DNA of 64,000 bases, taken from the sequence record ON286972.1. One strand, written 5' to 3'. Made by a program: the position numbers and the translations under genes. The notes below the pieces were generated by a model. It worked only from the letters and a program-made list of their open reading frames with translations. It made no database searches and was not told the origin of the DNA. Shown in pieces: positions 10,152 to 27,124 of the stretch; the first letter of the stretch is position 1, and each line of letters begins with the position of its first letter.

Positions 10152-10871
10152 ATGTACACACCACCGATTGTTAGCAGATATACTTATGTTGATTATAAAA
10201 GAATTGAAGGCGGCTCTGAAGGTCGCCTTTATTCTACTCCAACGGGTAATCTGCCGTCAGTAACAACAATACTTAGTGCCACTTCAGATAATGAAGGTTT
10301 GAAGAAATGGCGTGAGTTTGTTGGAGAAGAAAAAGCAAATGAGATAACGTTGGAAGCCTGTACTGTTGGTACTTTCATGCATGAAAATTTAGAATTCCGT
10401 TTGGAAGGTAAACCAGACCATGAAGGTGGAATGCCAATACGAGTTCTTGCACGAAAAATGGCTGATAAAATCCAGTCAGAAGCATGGCCTCGAATCAACG
10501 AGGTATGGGGTCAAGAAGTTCCTTTATTCTATGAAGGTTTGTGGGCAGGAACAACAGATTTAGTTGGTGTTCATGATGGTATACCTACGATAATGGATTA
10601 TAAAAACTCCCGAAAACTCAAAACATGGGAACATATTGAAAATTATCGTATGCAAATCGCCGCGTATGCATTAGCACATAATCAAATGCATGGTACTAAC
10701 ATTGAGCGTGGTGTGATTTTTATTTGTGTAAGAAAAGATCCACAAAATTTACAATATCAAGAATTTGTTATTGAAGGACAAGACTTTAAAGACGCAGTTG
10801 ATATGTGGATTGGTCGTGTAGAACAATATTATATTTTACGTGGAGAAATTGAAGCCAATGGAGCAGCATAA
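10152..10871 (+). CDS. PD-(D/E)xK exonuclease (Cas4/MGME1-like)
   Basis: LPSVTTIL, GTFMH, GTTDL...IMDYKNS, QIAAYA. Confidence 0.85.
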   Translation: MYTPPIVSRYTYVDYKRIEGGSEGRLYSTPTGNLPSVTTILSATSDNEGLKKWREFVGEEKANEITLEACTVGTFMHENLEFRLEGKPDHEGGMPIRVLARKMADKIQSEAWPRINEVWGQEVPLFYEGLWAGTTDLVGVHDGIPTIMDYKNSRKLKTWEHIENYRMQIAAYALAHNQMHGTNIERGVIFICVRKDPQNLQYQEFVIEGQDFKDAVDMWIGRVEQYYILRGEIEANGAA

Positions 10872-11418
10872 ACAAATGAAACAAGACTTATATATTATCA
10901 AAGCACTACGTAGTAAAGGTTATGAAATCGATGAAGTTATGGCAATGAGCATTGAGGAAATCGAAGCATTACCACTACCACAGCGTATCATTGAAAACGC
11001 AAAGGATTACAAAGCTCGTGGTGCTAAGCCAGTAGAAGTAATCAAAGAAAAGATTTTTGAAGATATTAGTGTAGATGAAGCATCTCGTAATGTTAAACCT
11101 GAAGTTATCGAAGAATACGTAGAAAATTCAGAAGATCAAGAAAAAGCACTAGAAGAAGTAAAACAAATTGTAGAAGAACAACAAGAATCTGTTGAATCCG
11201 AAGAAGATGTTGTTGTTATTGAGCGTATCGAAGCTTCCAAAGAAGATCTAGATATCATCAAAACTTCTCTACAATCAAAAGAACTAAAAACTGTAGCAGC
11301 ATATATCAAACACCTAAAAGCTGAAGTTCCAGAAGCAATTCTTGCAGCGGTTGATAGTTCAGTTGTATCTCGTTTAGTTAACGAGCGTATTGCTGAAGTA
11401 AAAGAAAATGCTAAATAA
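10858..11418 (+). CDS. Acidic hypothetical protein
   Basis: Glu-rich ORF; RBS GGAG. Confidence 0.6.
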   Translation: MEQHKQMKQDLYIIKALRSKGYEIDEVMAMSIEEIEALPLPQRIIENAKDYKARGAKPVEVIKEKIFEDISVDEASRNVKPEVIEEYVENSEDQEKALEEVKQIVEEQQESVESEEDVVVIERIEASKEDLDIIKTSLQSKELKTVAAYIKHLKAEVPEAILAAVDSSVVSRLVNERIAEVKENAK

Positions 11419-11446
11419 TCCTATAATACTATAGGAGAACATTAGT

Positions 11447-12028
11447 ATGGCACAACAACAGATTGCGTTGCAGCAAATTAGAACTGGCAAACAGCGTGAT
11501 TTACCAGATGCATTAGAAAAAGGTCAATTGGCATTCAGTACTGATGTAGGTCGTATGTTTGTTGGTTTACCTTCTTCATCTGACCCAGCTAGTATTGTAG
11601 CGGGTAGAACATGGAAAACTGACCCTAATTCTGGTAAAGAAAACGTGGAAATCATCACAGAATTTACCCCGTGGCAAACTGTTTCTAAAATTATAAATCG
11701 ACCATTCGTTTATGATTTACTTAAAGATGTAGAGACGTATGACATTTATATTCAAAGTCAAAGTCGTGTATTCGTTGATTACATTGCTTACAACACCAGT
11801 AATACAATTCTTGAATCAGGAACTATTCAAATTGTAACGATTGGTGGAAACACTCTACTAACCCAATTTAACAATACCAACAGACCAGATGCTATTATAT
11901 CTATTACATTCGAAAATCCAAGTTACGATGAACAAACTAAAAATATGAGTTTCACAGTTCGTAATAATGATTTTGCAGAATCAGGATATACTTTAGAATT
12001 TGTATACCGTGGGTGGGACAAACCTTAA
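11447..12028 (+). CDS. Putative tail/fibre-associated structural protein
   Basis: N-terminal LEKGQLAFSTDVGRMFVG resembles the GELx(F/Y)xxDTGxLxIG fibre N-terminal motif. Confidence 0.5.
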   Translation: MAQQQIALQQIRTGKQRDLPDALEKGQLAFSTDVGRMFVGLPSSSDPASIVAGRTWKTDPNSGKENVEIITEFTPWQTVSKIINRPFVYDLLKDVETYDIYIQSQSRVFVDYIAYNTSNTILESGTIQIVTIGGNTLLTQFNNTNRPDAIISITFENPSYDEQTKNMSFTVRNNDFAESGYTLEFVYRGWDKP

Positions 12029-12046
12029 AAGGCGTCCCGCCTTTTT
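12027..12046 (+). terminator. Rho-independent terminator
   Basis: GGCG-TCC-CGCC followed by a T run. Confidence 0.6.
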
Positions 12047-12107
12047 CTTCCCCATAATTTTGCAGTACTAAATATTGAACTGAAATAATGAGTAACAAGG
12101 ATGATAA

Positions 12108-14426
12108 ATGATTAACGTAACCAAACGTGATGGTTCAAAGGAACCGTTGAATCTGGACAAAATTCACCAAATTTTATTCTTTTCGTGTGAAGGTCTAAGT
12201 GGTGTGTCTGTATCTGAAATCGAGATTAAAGCACAACTACAATTTTATGAAGGTATTGAAAGTAGTACTATTCATGATATTCTTATTAAATCCGCTGCTG
12301 AACTAATCACAGAGGATACCCCGAATTATCAATACGTTGCTGGTCGCCTACTAAACTATAGTATTCGTAAGCAAGTATATGGACAATATGAGCCAATTAA
12401 ATATTCTGCTCATCTACAGGAGATGGTAGACACTAAGATTTATGATCCTGAAATCCTAGAAAAATACACCCTACAAGAAATCGAAGAATTGGGTAAGTAT
12501 ATCAAGCATAAGCGTGATGACCGTTTCACCTATGTCGCAATGCGTCAATGGGAAGGGAAGTATTTGTGTAAGAACCGTGTAACCAAAAAGATTTATGAAT
12601 CCCCGCAAATGGCATACATGACCATTGCCGCAATTATCTTTATGGGTTATGATAAAGACGTTCGTATGTCATATGTTAAGAAGTTTTATGATGCAATCAG
12701 TAACTTCGACATTAGTCTACCTACACCAATCATGGCTGGCTTACGTACTAATACACGTCAGTTTAGCTCATGTGTAGTACTAAACGTTGGTGATAGTCTA
12801 GATAGTATTGGTTCATCAAACCATGCTATTTTGCGTTATATCTCACGCAAAGCAGGACTTGGTATCAACATGGGACGTATTCGTGCACTTGATTCTGAAA
12901 TCCGTGGTGGTGATGCAGTACATACTGGTTTGATTCCATTTATCGCAAGTACTGCAAAAACCGTTAAAAGCTGTTCACAAGGTGGTGTGCGTGGTGGTGC
13001 AGCAACTGTGCATTTCCCATTGTGGCATTTAGAATTTGAAAGTTTAGTTGTATTAAAGAATAACAAAGGTACTGAATTTAACCGAGTACGTCAACTAGAT
13101 TATTGTTTCCAGATTAATAAAACTTTATATCAACGTTTGGTTGATAATAAAAATATTAGTTTCTTTAGTCCTGGTGATGTTCCTGGGTTATATGAAGCAT
13201 TCTGCTCTAACCAAAAAGAATTCGAGCGTCTATACAAGAAATATGAAGCAGACCCAAGTATTCGTAAGAAAGTGGTTCCAGCATTGGAAGTATTCAGTAC
13301 TTTAATGCAAGAGCGTGCAGAAACTGGTCGTATCTATATTCAAAATATTGACCATGCAAATACGCATTCACCATTTGATGAAGTTGTTGCACCTGTTGAG
13401 CAATCCAACTTATGTCAAGAAATCGCACTACCGTCAGTGCCATTTGATGATATTAATAATGGTGATGGTCTAATTAGCCTATGTACTCTAAGTGCAATTA
13501 ACTGGGGTAATTTTGAAAATCCAGAAGATATGGAGTTGGCGTGTGAGTTGTCAGTTCGTGCATTAGACTCTCTATTAGACTATCAGGACTACCCCGTATT
13601 GCACGCAGAACGAGCTACAAACCTCTATCGTCCATTGGGTGTGGGTATCATTAACTTCGCTTACTTCTTAGCTAAGCGTGGCTTACGTTACGATTCTAAA
13701 GCATTGGATACCGTAAACACATGGACTGAAGCATGGTCATATTATTTGCTTAAGGCATCCGTCCAACTGGCAAAAGAAAAAGGCCGCTGTGAAGGTTTTG
13801 AAAATCTGAAATATGCAAAAGGCATTTTGCCTATCGATACCTATAAATCAGATATTGATGAATTAGTTTCTTCTGAGTTGAAACAAGACTGGGAATCATT
13901 ACGTGCTGATATCAAACAATATGGTATTCGTAACGCAACAACTATGGCATTAATGCCAGCAGAAACTAGTGCACAAATCAGTAATAGTACTAATGGTATC
14001 GAAAAACCGCGTTCGCTAGTATCACGTAAAATATCCAAAGATGGTATTTTGAAACAAGTAGTTCCTGAGATTGGTAAGTTGAAGAATAAGTACGATCTAC
14101 TATGGGATCAAAAAGATAATATTGGTTATCTACAAATCTGTGGTATTCTTCAGAAGTATATTGATCAAAGTATTAGTGTCAACACTAGTTACAATCCTGA
14201 GCATTTCCCAGAAGGGAAATTACCAATGTCTACACTTTTGACTGAATTGATGTATGCGTACAAAGTAGGTCTTAAGAACCTTTACTATCATAACACCAAT
14301 GATGGTTCAGATGAAATCGACGTTGAGAAACTACTAAATGAATCAGCACCAAAAGAGAAAGGTGGTTTTGTATTACCTGACCTCACTGGAATGGATGCTG
14401 ATGACTGCGACAGTTGCAAAATCTAA
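12108..14426 (+). CDS. nrdA: Class Ia ribonucleotide reductase alpha subunit
   Basis: ATP-cone VTKRDG, QFSSC, QGGVRGG, QSNLCQEI, MPAETS, C-terminal CDSC. Confidence 0.97.
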   Translation: MINVTKRDGSKEPLNLDKIHQILFFSCEGLSGVSVSEIEIKAQLQFYEGIESSTIHDILIKSAAELITEDTPNYQYVAGRLLNYSIRKQVYGQYEPIKYSAHLQEMVDTKIYDPEILEKYTLQEIEELGKYIKHKRDDRFTYVAMRQWEGKYLCKNRVTKKIYESPQMAYMTIAAIIFMGYDKDVRMSYVKKFYDAISNFDISLPTPIMAGLRTNTRQFSSCVVLNVGDSLDSIGSSNHAILRYISRKAGLGINMGRIRALDSEIRGGDAVHTGLIPFIASTAKTVKSCSQGGVRGGAATVHFPLWHLEFESLVVLKNNKGTEFNRVRQLDYCFQINKTLYQRLVDNKNISFFSPGDVPGLYEAFCSNQKEFERLYKKYEADPSIRKKVVPALEVFSTLMQERAETGRIYIQNIDHANTHSPFDEVVAPVEQSNLCQEIALPSVPFDDINNGDGLISLCTLSAINWGNFENPEDMELACELSVRALDSLLDYQDYPVLHAERATNLYRPLGVGIINFAYFLAKRGLRYDSKALDTVNTWTEAWSYYLLKASVQLAKEKGRCEGFENLKYAKGILPIDTYKSDIDELVSSELKQDWESLRADIKQYGIRNATTMALMPAETSAQISNSTNGIEKPRSLVSRKISKDGILKQVVPEIGKLKNKYDLLWDQKDNIGYLQICGILQKYIDQSISVNTSYNPEHFPEGKLPMSTLLTELMYAYKVGLKNLYYHNTNDGSDEIDVEKLLNESAPKEKGGFVLPDLTGMDADDCDSCKI

Positions 14427-14431
14427 TAATT

Positions 14432-14453
14432 AATCCCACTTCGGTGGGATTTT
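14432..14453 (+). terminator. Hairpin with UUCG loop
   Basis: AATCCCAC-TTCG-GTGGGATT-TT. Confidence 0.7.
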
Positions 14454-14471
14454 CTACAAAAAGGAATATAA

Positions 14472-15596
14472 ATGTCAGTCTTTAAAATTAACGAAAAATC
14501 ACACTTAGAAAAAAATATGTTTTTTGATGAAAGTGTTGACATTCAACGATTTGAAAGTGTAAAATATTCAGCACTAGAGAAACTAACTGAGCAACAAAAA
14601 AGTTTCTTCTGGACACCTGGTGAAGTTGATGTAACCAAAGATAAGATTGATTTTGCAGGTTTATCACCATCTGAAAAGCATATCTTTGATTCGAATCTAA
14701 AGCGTCAAATCTTACTTGATTCGGTTCAGGGTCGTGGTCCAAACTTGATGCTTCTCCCCTATGCATCATTACCAGAATTAGAAAACTTCATTGAAACTTG
14801 GGCATTTTTCGAAGGTGCAATCCACAGTAAGTCATATACGCACATCATTCGTAATATCTATGCAAATCCATCAGAAATTTTTGATACTATGCTTGATATT
14901 CCAGAAATCACCGATTGTGCGGCAGATGTGTCTAAGTACTATGATGAACTGGATGAGCTAGGTACATGGTACAAAGTACTGGGTGAAGGAACACATAATG
15001 TCAATGGTAAAACTATTGTCGTTGATATGTACGAACTTAAAAAGAAAATGTGGCTGTGCTTGAATAGTATCAACATTCTTGAAGGCGTTCGTTTTTACGC
15101 TTCTTTTGCTTGTTCCTGGGCTTTTGCTGAAAATAAATTGATGGAAGGTAACGCAAAGATTATCCGTCTAATCTGTCGTGATGAAAACCTACATCTTGCC
15201 GCAACCCAAATGATTCTACGTCTTCTTAAGAAAGAAGATCCAGACTTTGCAAAAATTGCAGAAGAGTGCTATGATACAGTACAAGCAATGTTCATTGATG
15301 CCATTGAACAAGAAGAAAAGTGGGCAGACTATCTATTCAAAGATGGTTCTATCATTGGGTTGAATGCAGAAATCCTAAAACAATATGTTCGTTGGATTGG
15401 TTCTAAACGTATGTCCGGTGTTGGTGTTAAATGTCCGTACAGTGTATCAAAGAACAATCCACTACCTTGGACTGAACACTGGATTACAAGTGCAGATGTT
15501 CAAGTCGCACCACAAGAAACTGAAATCAGTTCATATATCATTGGTGGTATTGTGAACGATGTGAATGAAGATACTTTTACTCCATTCAAACTATAA
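14472..15596 (+). CDS. nrdB: Class Ia ribonucleotide reductase beta subunit
   Basis: FFWTPGEV, LDSVQGRGP, HSKSYTHI, LEGVRFY, RDENLH, VAPQETE. Confidence 0.97.
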   Translation: MSVFKINEKSHLEKNMFFDESVDIQRFESVKYSALEKLTEQQKSFFWTPGEVDVTKDKIDFAGLSPSEKHIFDSNLKRQILLDSVQGRGPNLMLLPYASLPELENFIETWAFFEGAIHSKSYTHIIRNIYANPSEIFDTMLDIPEITDCAADVSKYYDELDELGTWYKVLGEGTHNVNGKTIVVDMYELKKKMWLCLNSINILEGVRFYASFACSWAFAENKLMEGNAKIIRLICRDENLHLAATQMILRLLKKEDPDFAKIAEECYDTVQAMFIDAIEQEEKWADYLFKDGSIIGLNAEILKQYVRWIGSKRMSGVGVKCPYSVSKNNPLPWTEHWITSADVQVAPQETEISSYIIGGIVNDVNEDTFTPFKL

Positions 15597-15607
15597 TAAT
15601 CTAACCT

Positions 15608-15633
15608 AGGGGATTCAACTGAATCCCCTTTTA
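15608..15633 (+). terminator. Rho-independent terminator
   Basis: GGGGATTC-AACT-GAATCCCC-TTTT. Confidence 0.75.
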
Positions 15634-15647
15634 CATGGGTATATTTT

Positions 15648-15821
15648 ATGAATGATATTTTTTCAATTGAGCCTGGTATCGTCTATGAGTTTGTTGTTGT
15701 AGGTGGATATAAAATTACTGGTTCTGTGATTGCAGTACGTGATAATGGTATGATCTTAAATGATGGTACACATCTCGTGCAAGCACATGTGATAATGTTT
15801 ACACCTAAAATTGAAGAATAA
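15648..15821 (+). CDS. 57-aa Sm/Hfq-like small protein (not in ORF track)
   Basis: Translated by hand: MNDIFSIEPGIVYEFVVVGGYKITGSVIAVRDNGMILNDGTHLVQAHVIMFTPKIEE; aligns by eye to Hfq Sm1 and Sm2. Confidence 0.5.
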   Translation: MNDIFSIEPGIVYEFVVVGGYKITGSVIAVRDNGMILNDGTHLVQAHVIMFTPKIEE

Positions 15822-15875
15822 TCTGGTACTGTGTGTTTTATGGTGATATAATTGTTTTTGTAATCATTACAGGAG

Positions 15876-15896
15876 NNNNNNNNNNNNNNNNNNNNN
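15876..15896. other. 21-nt run of N (assembly gap or masked bases)
   Basis: Seen directly after RBS AGGAG; hides the start of the next gene. Confidence 0.99.
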
Positions 15897-21429
<5,533 letters not shown>

Positions 21430-21473
21430 CAATAAATAATCAAAAGTGCTTTGTATAATGGAGAAAATATACA

Positions 21474-22040
21474 GTGAACAATTTATTAAAAGTATTTAAA
21501 ATCAGTGTGTCTGGTACAAATCTAGATAACAAAATGTATAATCAATATGATGATTATGATTCATCAGATGCAACACTAGCACCAACTGATGCAGAAACTA
21601 AAGCGAAAAGTATTGCTTACTTGCGTATGCAATATGTAACTCGTTTACTATCTGAATATTCAGTACCTACCTATTATACAGTAGAATTCGGTACTGAAGG
21701 TACAGCAAAAACCATCCCTTCTGATGCATCTATTCATGTTGGGTATATTAGTTATGAGCCATTCTTAAGTACATTGAGTGCCGAAGAACAAAAAGAACTC
21801 ACAACTGAAGATCTAAAAACTGCCGCAGCAGCTAAAGTTATTCAGGATATGCTAAATGCAGCATTAACTGGTAACGGTACTAATGCATTAGAACAAGAAC
21901 AAATTTCAGTTCAAAAAACCATCCAACGTATTGATAATGCTTTCGAAAAAACCACCATTGATTTTGTGGAATATGAAAACATTTACGTTGATGTGCCATC
22001 TTTGGCTGATGCAACCGAAGTAACATACGTTAAACTATAA
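21474..22040 (+). CDS. Hypothetical late protein
   Basis: GTG start with RBS GGAG; AATAAATA upstream. Confidence 0.55.
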   Translation: MNNLLKVFKISVSGTNLDNKMYNQYDDYDSSDATLAPTDAETKAKSIAYLRMQYVTRLLSEYSVPTYYTVEFGTEGTAKTIPSDASIHVGYISYEPFLSTLSAEEQKELTTEDLKTAAAAKVIQDMLNAALTGNGTNALEQEQISVQKTIQRIDNAFEKTTIDFVEYENIYVDVPSLADATEVTYVKL

Positions 22041-22064
22041 TTTTTATTACATGGAGTTCTTGAC

Positions 22065-22259
22065 ATGGAAGACAAATCATTCTATGATCGTATCATTGAT
22101 GACAAAGGTGTATTCGACAAAGTTGTATATGACCTTGACATTATGATTAAAAATGCACCAAATCCACGAGTTCGTACTCAAGCTGAGTTTGCAAAAACTT
22201 ATCTCATTCAAGTACAAGCTATTTGTGATGCATTAAAAAAACACAATAATGGAGCTTGA
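22065..22259 (+). CDS. Hypothetical protein
   Basis: RBS GGAG; short ORF. Confidence 0.55.
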   Translation: MEDKSFYDRIIDDKGVFDKVVYDLDIMIKNAPNPRVRTQAEFAKTYLIQVQAICDALKKHNNGA

Positions 22260-22284
22260 CAGAAATCAATTATTGTTATACAAT
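22256..22284 (+). promoter_or_regulatory. Sigma70 early promoter
   Basis: TTGACA-N17-TACAAT upstream of IF3. Confidence 0.8.
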
Positions 22285-22332
22285 CTTTACTGTAACCAAC
22301 ACCTATTACAAACTATTTGGAGCTTTTATTAC

Positions 22333-25577
<3,245 letters not shown>

Positions 25578-25580
25578 TTC

Positions 25581-25784
25581 ATGGGGCGACCTAAAATAAC
25601 ATTGAAAGAATATATAATTTCATGTCATTTAAAACATAATTTCTTTTATGATTACACTCAAACTGATTTGATAAAAACTAATTTTTGTAATATTAACAAT
25701 ATCAATTTGATACGAATAAATTATAAACAAAATCACCGAACTATATTAGAGAACTTAATAGGAGATATTAAAAATGCCATCTAA
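25581..25784 (+). pseudogene. Internally deleted homing-endonuclease remnant
   Basis: N-terminal KHNFFYDYTQTD repeat-like segment fused directly to a C-terminal KTNFCNINNINLIRINY motif. Confidence 0.55.
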
Positions 25785-26628
25785 ATCTAAGAGTCAAGCA
25801 AGACTATTTGCTGCTATGGCACATGACCCAGAGATTGCAAAATCACATGGTGTATCAACAGATACTGCTAAGGAATGGAATCATGCTGATGAAAAAGCTG
25901 GAAATCTTAAAAAGGGGGCGAAGTTGCCCCAACACGTTAAAAAGAAAACTACTGAATCTTCAATGAAAGGTTGGGTGGATATCATTCAAGATGCAGAAAT
26001 TGCACAGGACAATCCTGAAATTGATGATACAATGGATGTACACGCGGATGATTGTGAGTGTGAACATTGTTGTCAAAATAAAGAACATCACTTCTATGAA
26101 AATACTGAGAAGTTGGAAGAAATGCCACAACGCTTTGATAGTTTTCAGGGCCAAGACCGTGATGAGTTTGTAGATAAGACAGCAGAAATGACAGGTAAGC
26201 ATAACATGGTAATCTTTGCTAAGCACAATGATTATGACGTTTATCAGAATAAGAATGGTACTGGTTTTATAGCATATGATAAGAGCGGTAAACAACTAGC
26301 TATTGTTAGTGGTTATACTTCTAATGATGCAGTACTAGGTGTTCAGAATGTTTTCGAAATCGCAGCAACTGCATCTAAAACAGGCACAAAAGGTATCATT
26401 TACACTATCTTTATGGATATGATAAAGCACGGCTACGCTATACTTAGTGATAGTTTACACACTGATGATGCAATTAAATTTTGGACTAGACTAATTGGAT
26501 CACATCAAGTGTACATTGTTGGTGGTGGTGAAGTTTTAGCAAAGGCAACACCAGAAAAAGTTCACAAATATTGGAGTGATGATGAGACAAGCCCAAGTGC
26601 TGAGTTACAATTACTCCTTGTTAAATAA
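25774..26628 (+). CDS. Putative head protein with C-terminal GNAT-like domain
   Basis: MPSKSKSQARLFAAMAHDP N-terminus; KGIIYTIF...ILSDSLHTDDAIKFW. Confidence 0.5.
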   Translation: MPSKSKSQARLFAAMAHDPEIAKSHGVSTDTAKEWNHADEKAGNLKKGAKLPQHVKKKTTESSMKGWVDIIQDAEIAQDNPEIDDTMDVHADDCECEHCCQNKEHHFYENTEKLEEMPQRFDSFQGQDRDEFVDKTAEMTGKHNMVIFAKHNDYDVYQNKNGTGFIAYDKSGKQLAIVSGYTSNDAVLGVQNVFEIAATASKTGTKGIIYTIFMDMIKHGYAILSDSLHTDDAIKFWTRLIGSHQVYIVGGGEVLAKATPEKVHKYWSDDETSPSAELQLLLVK

Positions 26629-26637
26629 GGATACTAT

Positions 26638-27024
26638 ATGAGTATACTTTTAGTTTTTGGGCTATTGGCATTATTTCAAATAAAACATTTTCTGTGTGAT
26701 TATATATTCCAAGGAAAATACATGCTTGGTAAATTTAAAGAGCATGGGTGGTTTCTACCATTGGCAGCACACGTTGCTGTTCATGTATTAGGAACTGCAA
26801 TAATTATTGCAATTTTTGCTTGTTATATTGGAACAACGTGGAAGGTGTTTTTCATGCTTCTTGCAATTGATGCAGTTGTTCATTTTGTAATGGACCGAGT
26901 TAAAGTTGTTGGCTCTAAACAACACACACCACAAGATGCTGAATTTTGGTGGTGGTTAGGGTATGATCAAATGATTCATCATTTTACCCATTATGTTATC
27001 ATTTTTGGATTACTTCTTTTGTAA
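26638..27024 (+). CDS. DUF3307-like membrane protein
   Basis: KHFLCDYIFQ, HxxxH, HFVMD, DQMIHH in hydrophobic helices. Confidence 0.75.
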   Translation: MSILLVFGLLALFQIKHFLCDYIFQGKYMLGKFKEHGWFLPLAAHVAVHVLGTAIIIAIFACYIGTTWKVFFMLLAIDAVVHFVMDRVKVVGSKQHTPQDAEFWWWLGYDQMIHHFTHYVIIFGLLLL

Positions 27025-27061
27025 TTATATTCGGGGGGCTTTATGCTCTCCGAATTCTTTT

Positions 27062-27090
27062 TGAGACAAATAAACTTTTCGTGATACAAT
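27062..27090 (+). promoter_or_regulatory. Promoter TGAGAC-N17-TACAAT
   Basis: Upstream of topoisomerase; same class as 3708 and 10110. Confidence 0.6.
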
Positions 27091-27124
27091 ATCACAAGAC
27101 ACAGAGACACTAAAAGGAATTAAA

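Noticed and set aside
10149-10152. CGGA immediately before the exonuclease start
   Set aside because: It is in the RBS spacer, not in a reading frame.
10152-10871. Cas4-like gene as evidence of CRISPR
   Set aside because: No repeats, spacers or other cas genes were seen; solo Cas4-like nucleases are common in phages.
12108-15596. Introns or inteins in nrdA/nrdB, which are common in T4-like phages
   Set aside because: Both genes are continuous and of normal length.
22249-22332. N-terminal extension of IF3 given by the track
   Set aside because: This stretch contains the TTGACA/TACAAT promoter and the RBS; ATG 22333 is the better start.
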